The notes: generated by a model from the letters alone, not told the origin. Counted from the first letter of the stretch, positions 37,181 to 50,080 are shown. The stretch: 64,000 nucleotides of DNA from Lama glama (GCA_028534125.1 CM052827.1:67642001-67706000); one strand, 5' to 3'. Numbers and translations: made by a program.

Positions 37181-40100
37181 TAGGGTCGTTTATCAGTGCC
37201 GTCTGTTCCTCCGCCTGCGAGGCTGCACTGCGGACATGCAGACACGTAAGTGCTCAAAAGCATCTGCTTCCACTCAAAAAAGTAAAAAGCACTTGATTTC
37301 AAAGTAATAAACAGTGATTTCTTAAAGCCCTTTCTCCTTGCCCGATTTTGTCCTGTTACGAAGGGCATTTCACAATATTTCTATTGAGAAGTCACCTCTT
37401 AATCCCTTCTTTCCTTCAAAAATCAATGTACAAAATTCTAACAGACGAGCCCTGTCTGTCCCTCCTACTCCAACTTGGCTTTTTGCTTTGAACTACAGTA
37501 ACTGCCTGCAGCCACAGTGTCGCTGCCCAGAGAATTGCCGGCTTCACCCTCACAACAAATGGCACTTTGTAGGCAAACTGGAGGCGAGCCCAAAGCAGGA
37601 GGGAGGAAAACCAAGGAAAAGGGGTTTGGGCCAAGAACTGGGTCGACACCCACATCACCGTCCACACTGCAATGCAGGTAAGGAGAGGACTGGAGATCAG
37701 AGACGTTCAGGTCGACGCAAAGCCTCCTGACGGCCCCCACGCATCCCAGGCGCCACTCGCCCACGGGAAGGACTGCCCAGGCTCACAAAGGACACGCCGG
37801 TCCCCAGCCGCCCAACACACACGGCCACCCCGTCCATGAGACACCGTCATGTGCAAGAGCTTCTCGTCCAGACTCTCAGCAAACCAGTCCCACTGGTTTC
37901 ATCCCCTCCACCACCTGCAGGGGACGAAACCCAGGTCTTAAGAAACGCAAGGTCACACGGTGGGCAGGGAAGAGAGCCGGACCAGAAGGCAGGATCTCCT
38001 GCCGCCCTCCCGCCGCCCTCGGGGAGGCGTGAAAGGCCACCCTGAGTCTCAGAGGCTCGCCAGATCCACCAGCTGTGAAGGTGAAGGTAAAGCGCCCGTG
38101 CTCCTAAGACAGTTCTGGTGCCAAGAGTGGGGCCGCCACGGCGTCGCGGCCCCGCCTGCAGCCCCAGGAACGGCGGGCCGTCTGGTGTCGGCAGCGCTCC
38201 AGGCAGCGGGCCCCTCGGCTCTCCCCTCCCGACGGAGGCTGTCTCCTGACACCGCGGTTTGTTTGGTCGGTTTGAGGAGCAGGCATTAGGGAAGGAGGAG
38301 GACTTTTTCTTTTTTTGAATCAAACTCTCTGGTCCTGAGTTTAGAGCTGAGGTGATGGGAAAAGCACAGGAAGTTTCTAAAAAGCACGTGTGATCCTTGC
38401 TGTGAGAAGAGCACAGAGGCCAAAGCACAGCCTCCAAAGCAGGGCCTCTGAGCCGCACCCGCCCGGGCTCCCGCCTCGGCTCTGCCCTGGGAGCACCGCG
38501 GCCCCGAGGCCCTCGGCCGCTCGTGGCGGCGGGAGCGGGGCCTCTGCGTCCCCCGCTCACAGCGGGCCGTGCTGAGGGACACCCGAGCTATACGCGTAAA
38601 GGGCTCCAAGCAGCGCCAGGCACATGCAAGTGTCTCCTATTGTTATTTCCAGGCTGGATGCGTCTCTACAATTGTGTTCTCTTTACAGTGTATTTTATAA
38701 GGTTAAAGAAGACTTCTTGTACAATTTGTTAATCCGTAATGCCCCAAACCCGCACAAAGATTATTTACAAGTTTCACTTCCTGACAGGATTTTCCAGGAC
38801 TTCCATCTGTGGACTGGAGTCCCTGGAAGAACAAACAGTGGAATCTGAAGAATCTTCCTCCTTCCCAGTAACAGTGCAAGCAAGTGTGCGCCCACCCCTC
38901 AGTTCTACACGCGGGCTTCCACACTGAGAAAAACAGAACAAGACAAAGACCCTTTATTGCAGAAAACTGACACAGGGGAGCATTCTTTAAATGCACTTTA
39001 TATTCTGAGAGCAACCAACATGTTAAAGATTTAAAGCTACACCAGCTGAGAAAGACGGGGTTCGAATCGCACAGGGATGGCAGTCCTCAGGGCTGGGATG
39101 AGACCCGCTGATGCATCGAAAGGTTTCTTTCCCAGAAAACGCTGGAATTCCAGGAACAGTGTGCCATACTTGGGTTGATTAAGAGAAAAATGGTTTTAAA
39201 AATCCCCTCTCGGGTCAGAAGTCTAGACGCAGCCAGTAACAGCGGTCTGCTAAAACACCACCGCTCTTCTTCCAGAGGGCGCACGGCCGACAGATTATAC
39301 TCGGACAATGAAGGACTCTCCCCAGAAGGGCAGGTAAAACTAAGACAGGGGCCCTAGAAGGAAGGGTCACAGTACAGCTCTGTGGTCATGCCCTCCCAAG
39401 GGCGCCCAGACAGGAGAGGGGCTCAAACTCAGTCTGCACGGCTCTCCCAGCAGCGCAGCATGCCCTGGGGAGGGCAGATACAGCTAACGTCACCCAGAGG
39501 GGCTGTGGGCACGCGGCTCCAAGTGTGCTTAGCACACCAGCCCCCAAAGCAAAACAAGCTGATGCCCAGAGCTACCTGGGAGCTGGGGGCCACCACACGT
39601 AGGAGGCTACGCGCACACTCCCTCAAACGATGCTGTGGTTGGGGGCGCGGTGGGGGGAAGGCTGTTGGTTTGCACAATGGAAACATTTTCAGCGTGATGT
39701 CAGCTGTTCCCTAGTCCCCTCTTCCTTTCCTCACTCCGTACTCTCCTTTCCCAACACAAACCCCTTCTTTTCCTTCTCGCTCCAATTCTCCTTTTGCAGA
39801 AGCCACAACACAAGCTAATGTGCACACCCGGGATGGCAAAGCGGCAGCCCAGCGCCCACCCACACAGATTCTGCACTAGTTCTAAATATTTATCGGGTCA
39901 CAATTTTCCCTTCTCCTGCAAGGACTCCTCTTTCCTCCTCTTCTCTTCCCGACCACATCCACATCCCCCTTAATATATACAGAAGTCGTCCTCTTCTCTT
40001 TCCTCACCCCACCGTGGGTCTCTGTCCCTGGGCCTGCCTGCCACCCACACCCACGTGCTCTCCTCCAGCTTCCTTCCCCATGCTCCACTCCACCTGTCTC

Positions 40101-40324
40101 TCCCTGATTCCATTACTCCTTTGGGCAGGAAACCCCTTCAAATGCATCCACTCCAGTCACAATGCACCAAATTTAAAGGGCAGAAATTGTTACCATTACA
40201 AGTGTGTGTGTCAGGGGAGGGGAGCGCGGTACACAAAACCATGACATCAAGGTTTGATTTCTTTCAACCTTTTAAAAGTGTATTATTGCTTTTATTCAAA
40301 CCCTGTGCCTCTGCTTACCGAGCT

Positions 40325-40660
40325 GAAGGGCTGTCCACCTCTAAGGGCCTGCACTTGCAGGCTGCATCCAGTCCACAAAGCTGTTTTGTTCAGTCTGCTC
40401 AGAAAGTTCTTATTTAAAATGTTGAGTTAGCTGATCTTTCAAAATCAGGAGAATTTTAACTAATCCAGATTTCTGGCTTACAGTGAAAAATCAGAAGATC
40501 TGTCAAGACTGCCCCATATTTCCATATGGCAACAATTGAACAGATCTGTTAAACAGGCCCCTTTAGGCAGGACCTGCATTTTCTAGTTCAGCCCGGGGCC
40601 ACCCCCCAGTTCCTCCTGATCACCTGGCCCCGAGGCTGAGCACCAGCTGCCATCGATCTT
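40325..40660 (+). mobile_element. MER102-like hAT-Charlie element
   Basis: aaaatcaggagaatttt...atccagatttctggctt...gaaaaatcagaagatctg...atggcaacaatt...ccctttag. Confidence 0.7.
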
Positions 40661-41625
40661 CTCCACTTCAGGCAGGACTTGGTGTGTGTCTGAGGCCTCC
40701 AACCCCAGGCCACAGCGAGTATCCAACCCTAATTCTCTCTCCCCATCTCTGGTTAGTGCAGAAATTAACAGATGTACTTACAAAGTTTCTGCTTGGTACA
40801 GAATTTTCCAGGTACAAAAAAATTTATAAGGAAAAGGACTTAGCACTAAGTAGTAAGGAAAATGCCCCGTAATAGAGAAATACTTGAAAAGGACTAAGTT
40901 AAAGAGAGGGGAAGGCCTATCTCTCCCCTTTCTGTCTCTGTCTGCGTATAGGAAGTGGGTTCACTTGCATAAGCTGTGAACACTGCAGACCACCCCCCAA
41001 TTTGGACTTTATTATTGGCTAAATGTTAATATGAAAAATAAAACCGTTAAAGTAGAAACTCAAACAGAATGAATTCACTCCACTGAAATGACTATACCTG
41101 AGCATAATAAATCTATAAATAAAACAGACTATGAATATATAGATATTCGGCTGTTCATTTGCCCTTTAACTAGAGGATATGGATGATGATATGTTTTTAA
41201 TTACACATATTTTCATAGCATTTATTCAGCAAACTTTTGGACAAAACCTGTTAACAAACGTTAGCCACATCTTTGTATTTTTGTGCACAGCAGTATTGCA
41301 GGGGCAGGTCTAGCTTGGAGGAGGGCGCTCAGTGTGCGCGAAGTACCAGCAGCATCCTGTCACCCATGCTGATGTTAAAAGAGAACAGGGTGTGAGAAGG
41401 CACCAAAACAAGAGATTTTAAATTACTCTCTAAATTCTAGGGTGAACTTTTACTCATTGTGGTTTTTTCTAAAACCACCGTACACTGACAAAGACACTGG
41501 CCCGGACACCTGCAAAGCTGGGTGCCACGGCAGCTCCCCTCTTCTCAGCTGTGTTCCCACGTCTGGGATCTGAGCCATAAATGAGGACTTGTAAGGTCCC
41601 TTTACACTTCAAAATCAGATTCTCA

Positions 41626-41835
41626 GGGTGGAGGGAAGGTACACTGGTAGAGCGCGTGCTTAGCATGCACAAGGTCCTGGGTTCAATCCCCATTACCTCC
41701 ATTAAAAAATAAATAAAACCTAATTACCCCCCCAAATTTTTTAAAGTGGGACTATCAAATAGCAGGGATGGTATAAACCCCTTTATGTGGAAAGAACAAG
41801 GACAAAAATCAAGAAAAAAGGAAAAAAACTTTAAA
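41626..41835 (+). mobile_element. Vic-1-like camelid tRNA-derived SINE with extended 3' tail
   Basis: ggtagagcgcgtgcttagcatgcacaaggtcctgggttcaatcccc (B box GGTTCAATCC) followed by aataaataaaacctaattaccccccc; imperfect TSD aaaatcagattctca (41611-41625) / aacatcagattttaa (41836-41850). Confidence 0.85.
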
Positions 41836-41899
41836 AACATCAGATTTTAACAGAAATTGTACTATAAATACAGAGAAACCTGAGAAGATTACGGTACGT

Positions 41900-42132
41900 C
41901 AGAGAATCAGCTTTGAAATAAACAAGACTAGTTTCAATTCTACCTCCATAACTTCTTGTGATTTTTTTTTCAAATCGCATAACGCCTCAAGCCTCAGTTA
42001 CCTCGTCTGCAAAGTGGGAACAAGTCCCTCCACCACTCAGGGTTGTTTTGAGGATTAAATGAGAATGCATGTAAAGTCCAGGGCATAGGTTTGGACAATC
42101 CGTAAATGCCTCATGAATGATGGTTATTATTA
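41900..42132 (+). mobile_element. MIR SINE
   Basis: gcctcagttacctcgtctgcaaagtggg...cagggttgttttgaggattaaatgagaatgcatgtaaag. Confidence 0.8.
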
Positions 42133-43197
42133 ACAGTTCCATACACTGTCCAATTACTTCTTGACCAGTTAAGTTTGAAAAAAACTAGCTAAACCTGGTA
42201 ATAAACTGATTGTAAAAGCTTACTCCATGGGGAACAATCGGAGAAAAGAGACTCTTCCTGATGGGGCTTCAAGCCCAGTGCGATGGGCGCGGATCCGCCT
42301 GACTCCCGTGTGAGACCTGCAGAGACGGCCTCCTGGTGGCAACACCCTTCAAAGAGAAGGGTTGTCGCTCGCTTCCCTCCTTCTCCCTGCTTCGGAATTC
42401 CCTGCAGTGCTGGTGATCGGTCAGGGCTGAGGTTCAGCAGTGGGATTTATGGGTTGCTGGGGAAGTGAGCCTTCTCTGGCCGTGTTCCTAACTATTACCA
42501 GCAAGCCGGGAAAGAAAGTCAAAAGGAACACTTAGGAAAGCAGATTTCCAAACAGAGTCTAACTCTGGCGTCTGTGAGCCCTCCCCAGCAGCAGGTGGCA
42601 GGAGGAGGGCACAGACCGCCGGACCACCTCAGAGGAGCAGTGACCCCCTGACTGTGCACGTCACAGGCTGGTAAAAGTGCAGAAGACGTTACAGAGTTGC
42701 CAGGTTTAGGTGACCAAGAAATGATACCAAAAAGCAAACCATCACCATCCTTTCATAAAAGGGGGGTGGGGGGGTTAACCCCTCTGAGTAGGAAGGACAG
42801 CCCAGATTTTAAAAACAACAAAAAACCCCTAAACTGAACAAATTTAGCACTAAAACCTGAAAAGCCTGCTGCATGGCCCTTTTCTTATTTTCCCACAGGC
42901 TGGTGTAACTGTCACTACGGACCCACTCGGGAAAGGCCTGCGGGGCGGCCCGTCACGCCATCCAACCAGGGTGCAGCACCGCACGGAGGCACCAAGGGCC
43001 ACACGGTGGACCCTCTGCTGTCTTGGCCACTGTCTTCCAGGGACACAGATGTACCTAAAAGCTCACTGTTTGTCTTAATAACCAGCTGGGAGCCCATCAG
43101 CCACAGACGTTCCAGAACTTTTCTGAAGGTGTTTCAGTCAGCACCAGCCTCTCCGTTCGTAAGATGGTATCACAGACGAGGCCACCCACCATGTAAG

Positions 43198-43380
43198 ACG
43201 GCGGTTCTCGGTCTGGACTGCACATCAGAACCACCTGGGGGTGAAAAGAACTCTTCAAAACAGAACTCCACTCCCAGAGACTCTGATCCAATAGGTGTGA
43301 GGGAGGGTCTGGGCGCATGTGACTCTAAACTGCTCCCCAGATGGGCTCTGACGCCTCCCAGGGCTAAGAAAAACCTGTGC
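43198..43380. mobile_element. MER5-like hAT-Charlie MITE
   Basis: gcggttctc...ctgcacatcagaaccacctgggg...cccagagactctgatccaataggt. Confidence 0.7.
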
Positions 43381-45989
43381 CCCTCCCTTTTTTTTGCATT
43401 TTGTCCCGAATTTATGCCTTATAAAGCTTTCAGGTATACCTCCTCATGCGTTCCTTCAGACATCAAATACGAAGGAGGGCCTGCCATGGGTGGGGCGCTA
43501 GGAAACCAGCGGAGCGTAAGACAGACGCCTCCCTGCCCTCGTGCACTGGCCGAGTAGCGGGCTGGCAGGCAGGGAGGCAGGCGAGCGAAACAGCGCCTCA
43601 GGCTTGCTGGGGCAGGGAGCCATCCAGGCCCCTGTGTCCCTGGCCTGAGTGGCTTCACAGGCTTCAATGTCATCTCCTCCCAGCCGTCTTCTTTCCAGAT
43701 GCTAGAAAACCTGCTATTTCTAATCAGAAAAACAGATGGGCAAGGCCCTGTCCTCAGGGAGCTTCCATTCCAGCAGGACTGCAGACTTTCTAGGCACCAC
43801 CACAGTGTCATTCCTGCTCTGGTGTCTTGCCTAAAGTCAGGTGCCCATGCTTTGAACAAAGCACAGTACAAAGTCAGTTCAGACAGTGTTTTCTGTTTTG
43901 TTGCCAAACTCTTTTTGAAGAAGCTTAGCATTTCCTGTCCTTTTTAACCTGCAACAAGTTTGGGGCAACACTGTGAAAGTACTTTCCAAGTCCTTTCCTG
44001 GCTGTTCCCACCAAAACTGCCCTATGACGGTCCCATAATTTCTCACTTAATACCTGACCTCAGATTTGCCCACAAAGAAACTCACCTGCAAGTCTTCTGA
44101 TGATTAACACATCCTCGTACGGTTTCCCTGCAGTAACCCCCCCCCACCGCTGGCTGTTTCGTAACTCCAAGAGAGCTTACCATCACCTGCAAACCTAGCA
44201 ATTCCACTGTGTGCCCCTGCTTTTGGATCAATTACGTAAACAAGACCTAAGGGAATCACTGTTTACATGCCTCCGAGCAGAGAAATCTTCCTCCTCAGCC
44301 TTGACTCGTGGTCTTTAAGGCAGATGGGTTCTCACGCCTGCCCAGTCACTGCATGTTTAAGCTGCGCCCCTCCCCTCCCCTCCCTGTGCCTCGATCTTCT
44401 CACCTAACTCATCAGCTTCAAGAGCTGATCACTCCCATCTATGCAATTCTCTCTCTACTCAAAATGATACACCACATCCTTAACTCCAAGGTGACTTTAA
44501 CTTTGACACAGCCTTTGAAAGCGCAAAAGGACAATCGCTAAGGGTTTTCAAATACGTCCCCCCTTAAGCAAAGCATCCCTTCTCCTCATAGGAACATCCT
44601 TCATCTCCAGGGGGCACAGCCAGGTTTCCCACGTGGACCCGCGCAGAAGTGAGGACGAGCAGACTGTACCACCCAGACAGGCCACACACCAGCAACGGAC
44701 TGGGGCACAACGGGCAGTCACAACAGAGGCCACGCGTGCTGCCGTGAGGTCTGGCTTTCTGCTCCCGCTCTCTCAACGCGGCTGCGTGGCTGCCACCCAG
44801 GCCAGGTAATTTACTCAGCTCCAGCCCTTGTTAGATCGATCTAGAATACGGGGAGAACTTGGCACGAAGTTACCCAAGATCTCTGACCCGCCTGCTTCAA
44901 AGGACGTCTGAGAATGGTGACTCTCTAACGTCTTCTCAGTGAAGACATGAAATCTGGTAAGTACGACACTGTACCAACGACAAGCTAAAGCTCAGTTCTG
45001 GGGAAAAGGCTCGTCTCTAAGCCCCAGTCCCCCCTCCTTCCCCAAATGTAAAGCTGTCACTGATTAATTTCAGGCACATTTGCAAAAAGAAAAAGAAAAA
45101 AAACCCAGCTTAGCCCGAGTGGGAACCACCTTCATACGCAGTGGCTTTTGCCAGTGTCAGTTACCCCGTCTACCTCTTCACAAATTTCAAAAGTAACTCT
45201 GACCTGGAAGCTTCAGACTCGCAAAGAACATTAGAGATTCTCTTCCAGACGTCTAAACGGAATTGCAAAGACCCCAGAGGATGGGACACAGATCTCAGAA
45301 GCTTGCAACAGACTCAGTTTCTAAAGGGCACCCCCAGGCGCAAACATGGAGCTTGGCCACGAACACGAATTTCTCAGAAGCCCCTAAACCTGGGGCCAAG
45401 CAAGCCCTGGACTTCGCCTCCACCCTCCAGCACCCCAGCTCTCAAGCAGGGCCAGCAGTGCCAACTACTGGGTTCCACGAGGTGTCAACACCGGCGACTA
45501 CAGAGCTTTCGGCAAAGTCAACCCTCCCTCCTTTCTCATATGATTAAGAAGGCAGAATTAAGATTTTAAAATCTCAAAAGGCCTGGAGACTGGACCAGAA
45601 CAAACAGGAGAGCACCGCACAGGGTCAAAAACAGAGAACATCCACTCAACTTCACATACACATACACAGGTCTGCACAGTGGACACAGGACGGAGCAGTT
45701 CACACAAGCATCTCTGCTCGGCAGCTCTGTAAACTGAGCCACAGTGAGCAGACGCTCGCGCCCTGGTCCCCGACAATAGCTGTCCCACTGTCCTCCTCGT
45801 GGACCAGATCAGGTCTCGGTCACCACGCTCACTTCCAGACGCCAGGGCTCTCCCTGAGAGAGGACGACACGCTGAGGTGGCACCTAGGAGCCAAGCCCCA
45901 CACGGAACTGTGGCAAGGACAGGGTGATTTTGCACTGAGGAATGGTAATGGGGGAGGGGGACGTCACACTGTCTTTGCACATCCCAAGA

Positions 45990-46220
45990 GCTGTCCTGGG
46001 GAAGTGGGCAGTTCTAGAGGAATGGAGTCAACAGAACCAAGTTTTGAGGAGGCAGCCTTCAGCTCCAATAGTCACCACACACACAATCCAAAGATACAAT
46101 GACATGTCTTCACAAGTACAGAGGTCCCTGCTCCTGGGGGTGTTTAAACAGAGGCTGCCTCGCGAGTGTAAGAAGGCACTAAAGCCAGGAAGTTAGACCA
46201 AGACTTCTCTAAAACTCCAG
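45990..46220 (+). mobile_element. L3/MIR3 3' fragment
   Basis: tccctgctcctgggggtgtttaaacagaggctg...gttagaccaagacttctctaa. Confidence 0.5.
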
Positions 46221-46479
46221 TCTGGTTCCAGGACGCCCCTGACCCTGCCACACTGCCCTGCTGCCATGATCTCTCAGAAACGCCTTTCCTCTGACTAGGG
46301 TTTGCCCGGATCCTAATCACTTTGGGCCTGAGCACCGCGAAGCATCCTAGACCTGCTTCCGAACCTCAGCATCCTTCCTCACCTGTCAACACCTCCTTCT
46401 TCAAGACCTGTTCTGAGATGTAAGTCCACCTCGTAGCAGCCTTTACCTGCCCTGTCGAGGCGGGGCTTCTCCGCCCTGG

Positions 46480-46685
46480 CTCTGGCAGGGAGACACTCTG
46501 GGCAGGACAACTCTGCCACGGGCATGGCCTGCACACTGCAGGGTGTTTAGCAGGACCCTGACCTCTGTGCACCAGGTGTCAGTAGCACCTGCCTCCTAGC
46601 CAGGACAAGCAAACATAAAAATGTCTGCAGATATTGCCAAAAGTCTGCTGGGAGACAAAAATCACCCCCTGCTGAGACTACTTCT
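46480..46685. mobile_element. MER20-like hAT-Charlie element
   Basis: tgcacactgcagggtgtttagcagga...aaaaatgtctgcagatattgccaaa...aaaatcaccccctgctgagact. Confidence 0.8.
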
Positions 46686-48649
46686 TCTTGAGGCAAATGA
46701 TTAACACCGCTGACTTGTGTGGTTCAAGGTTCCCACTAACCAGACGGCCCCGACCTCCCTTCATCAGCCATGTTCTCTGCGCCAGCCAGGCAGACCTATT
46801 TTTGACCTATGGCCAGCCTCAAAGCTTCCCCTAACAGCGCTCCCTCTCCCTTCCCAAACACACACAGCAGTCCCATCTGGCTCCACACACCCTTTCCACC
46901 TCGGTAGGCAGAGGTGCTCCCTGGCTTCTGGTGGTGGTCTCGCGTGGCCCTGGCTTACCTGCCCTTTGGTGAGGCGCCTCAGTGCCACTCTTGCTCTCGG
47001 CTTACTGCCGGCACTCATAAATAATGACTGGTGTTCCTCAGAACGTCAACATCAGCTCCAACGATATATGGAAAATACACGAAACCCTTCACCAACTGCC
47101 ACTTCAAGAACGTATGTGATCACGAGCACACAGGTTTGATGAAATTTTGACTTTTCCTTAGCCAATTCACCTTCAGTCTGAGATTGAACCAAGTCTAATT
47201 TCTAAAATAGCTGCCAAAACAATTTAACTGTTGGGATATAGAAATCACACCAAAAAATTTAAATTAATCAAAAGGCTCTGCACAGTATATTTTTTAAAAG
47301 GCCAAGTTTTGACCAAGTTTTTAAAATTCTGTAAACTTTGGCAGGAAGAAAAAGATACAAATATGGCTCAATACTTGAACCGTTGCATCATACACCACTC
47401 AGCATGGGAATGGAAGAGACTGGGGAACTGGGTCACGTAAGGACAGTTTCCTCTCCAGTCTTCTAAAGTGTTAAGTTTTAATCAACAAAGCACTCGCGCA
47501 TACGCCCTCAATAAAAACCAGACAAATTTAAGATAAAAGGTCCAAGCATATACATAAACCCTGCCAATTCAAGGTTTTTGATTTCCCCCGCAGCTGCGTG
47601 GGTTACCTAATCATTTCATGGGAGTTTCCCTTCCTAGCCTATGGGGGCCGAACACTCCAGCTTGGCCGGGTCCTTCTCTTCACTCCTGGAGTTTCCCTGT
47701 CTTGCTCTTACATTTTAACAGGGCTTCAGTCAACCGACATAGGAGACAGAGGGAGAGACAATTCTCACCCTCCCGGAGCTGGTGGGACGTGTCTGGTCAG
47801 TACTAACGGACTGTAAAAATAACCGCTGCCTGAAGACCCCTTTCACTGGCTACGATGCAGGTTCTCTCCAGAGGCCTGCCCCATGCAGAGGTCCCAGAGG
47901 CTTCGGCGCGGAGGGGCTGAATCACTGCCATCCTTGGCACTTGGAAGCACCCTTGGCTCTTTCTGACACCAGGAGCCCTCAGCACAACTGCAGGCGGGAA
48001 TTCCCTGCCCGTCCGGGCTCTTCCAAGGTCCCGCAGGGAACACGTAGTAGGTGCTCGGTAAACGCCGCCTGGACGGAACTGCATCATCAAAGCTGCTACG
48101 GAGAGTTGTCAGAAGTCAGCTCTCCGTCTTTACTCCCGAATCTCCTTCAGCATATGTCCTCGGAGCTTTCTCTGCCCAACAAGAAGTACTTTCCAAAGTC
48201 GAGGAGGAGGAGGAAGGGAGGAAATCCGCAGGAGCCACGTCTGAGGAGCCCCAGGGGCTCAAGCGGGGCCCGCGGTCGCTAGGGCTCCCCAGTGCCCACG
48301 CCCTGCCCTTCTGCCTGCCTCCGAAGTGCTCCCACCCTGTCACCTTTGCACTTCTTCTTTCCCGAAACCCGGCCTCCCCACCTTCTGCCACATGCGCCCC
48401 CAACTGCGCGTCCCAGAGAGACCGCGCACCCCACCGCTCCCTCCCCAGCAGGGACCTACCTCTCTTCCCTCGACCTGTGGCAGCTCTTCTTTACTGCGGC
48501 TGGCTTTTTAAGAAACCAAAAAGCCTCATCTCTGCATCCGTAAGGGATACCCCAAATAAAGGGGGGCGGAAAGAGGAAGGCCCCATCCACCCTCCGGTAA
48601 ACGAAGGGTTTGATTCTCTGAGCAGCCACCCCCAACACTCCTCCTCTCC

Positions 48650-50080
48650 AAGCCCCTGCACGAGATGCGACCGAAGTCCGGCTCCCAAGGGCCCACGCTT
48701 CCAAACAAGCTAGAAGCGGATTATACCGGTACCCAACCCGGAGACGGCCCGCGGCGGGCTGGGTGCACCTGCGGGCCCCGGCTCCCTCCCCCTCGCGCCG
48801 GGGGCGGGACGGGCCCTCGCCGCCCCGCCCAGCCCACCCGGCGCGGGAAGGAGGCGAAGGGGAGGCGTTTCTGGAGAACTTGGAGGGCTCACCTTCCGGG
48901 CAGCGGGCCAGCGAGGCCAGACGCCCAGCACCCACCTCCGCGAAGAGCCAGCGAAGCCGCAACCGGGTCTCCCCGCCCTTCCGATGAGGCGGAAGGAGGC
49001 GAGAGAAGCGAGCGCGCGCGGGGGGAGCCGGCGGGAGGCGGGCGCAGGCACCGTCCCCCCGCAGGGCCCAGCCGGCCGCCGCGGCGCCCGCCGCTCACAC
49101 TGCCGAAAGCGGAACGGCCCTCGGGCCCGGGCGGGCGGAGGCAGGCGTCCGGCCCGGCCCCGATCGCCGCCCGCGCCCCCAGCCCCCCGCCCCCCCCCGC
49201 CTCCCCGGCCGCGGCCTCGGCTCGGGCCGAGGCGCCGCGGAGCAGGGCTCCGGCGCGGCCCCCTCCCCGCGCAGCCCGCGGCCCCCGGCCCGGACAGGCG
49301 CGCACCCACCTGGGGGGCGCGGGGGCAGCCCGGGCAGCTCGGCCGCCGGGCCCCGGCTTAGGCGGAGGCGAGAGGCGGCGGCATCACCCGCGGCGGGCGG
49401 CGGCTGCTCCGGGACGCGCCGGGGCGGCGGAGGCGCGCGGCGCCCTGGACCCTGCTCCCGCGGCCCCGCCCGCGGCTGCCACCTCGAAGCGCGGCGGAGG
49501 AGCCGGGGCACCACGGGCGGCGGCAGCGGCGGCGGCGGGAGCAGCAGCACATGACTCTGTAACGGGGGGAATTAGACAAAGCGTAACATGGACTCCGGGC
49601 CCGTGCAGGCGCCGCAGCCCCGGGACCAACCGCAGCCGGCGGGCGCCGCGACTGGCTCGGCCGCAGCCAATGGCGCGGGCCCGGGCCTCCATGTGACGGC
49701 GCGCTCTCTCCCGGCCGCTCTCCCGCGCCTGCCGGGGGTCCGCGCGCTTCCGCCGCCCGGCGAGCGGGCGGGCTGGCCCGCGCGGGGGTCCGGGGGTGGA
49801 GGGGGTGGCGGGTCCGCCAGTCCGGGGGCCCAGGGCCGGGCTTGGGCGGCGGGAGGCTGCGGGGCGGCGCGCAGGGGCGCGCGGCGGGGAGGGGCGGCCG
49901 CCGAAGGTCGCGGTCGCCCGAACGGACGCTCACCTGTCACACTCCCCCCGGGCAGGGCGCGGCACCCTGCGGCCGCTGTCCGAGGCGGGCGCGGGGCCAC
50001 TTCGGGCACCTTCGCCCTTCCCGGGGCTGTCCTAGCGATAAGAACTCTGGCAGTAAGACCGGGCGTGGAGGGGGACGCAG
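48650..50080. promoter_or_regulatory. CpG island / distal promoter of a minus-strand gene
   Basis: Very high GC and CpG density, GC boxes, NF-Y-type AGCCAATGG (CCAAT 49667-49671), CATGTG-type E-boxes at 49548-49554 and 49690-49697, minus-strand splice donor inside the island. Confidence 0.9.
49310..49620 (-). other. Candidate first (5'UTR) exon 1a; 5' end approximate
   Basis: Minus-strand donor CAG|GTGGGT after 49310, downstream of the CCAAT box; GCC-repeat-rich leader typical of CpG-island first exons. Confidence 0.7.

Noticed and set aside
41626-41700. tRNA-like sequence (B box GGTTCAATCCC)
   Set aside because: Head of a Vic-1 SINE with degenerate A box, tail and TSD; not a tRNA gene.
42588-42601. 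CTCF-like motif GCAGCAGGTGGCAG
   Set aside because: Mismatch at a key position; cannot be distinguished from background without ChIP data.
1-49620. Naming the host gene
   Set aside because: Several genes have two CpG promoters ~20 kb apart, but no recognisable coding exon lies in the window, so no symbol is supportable.
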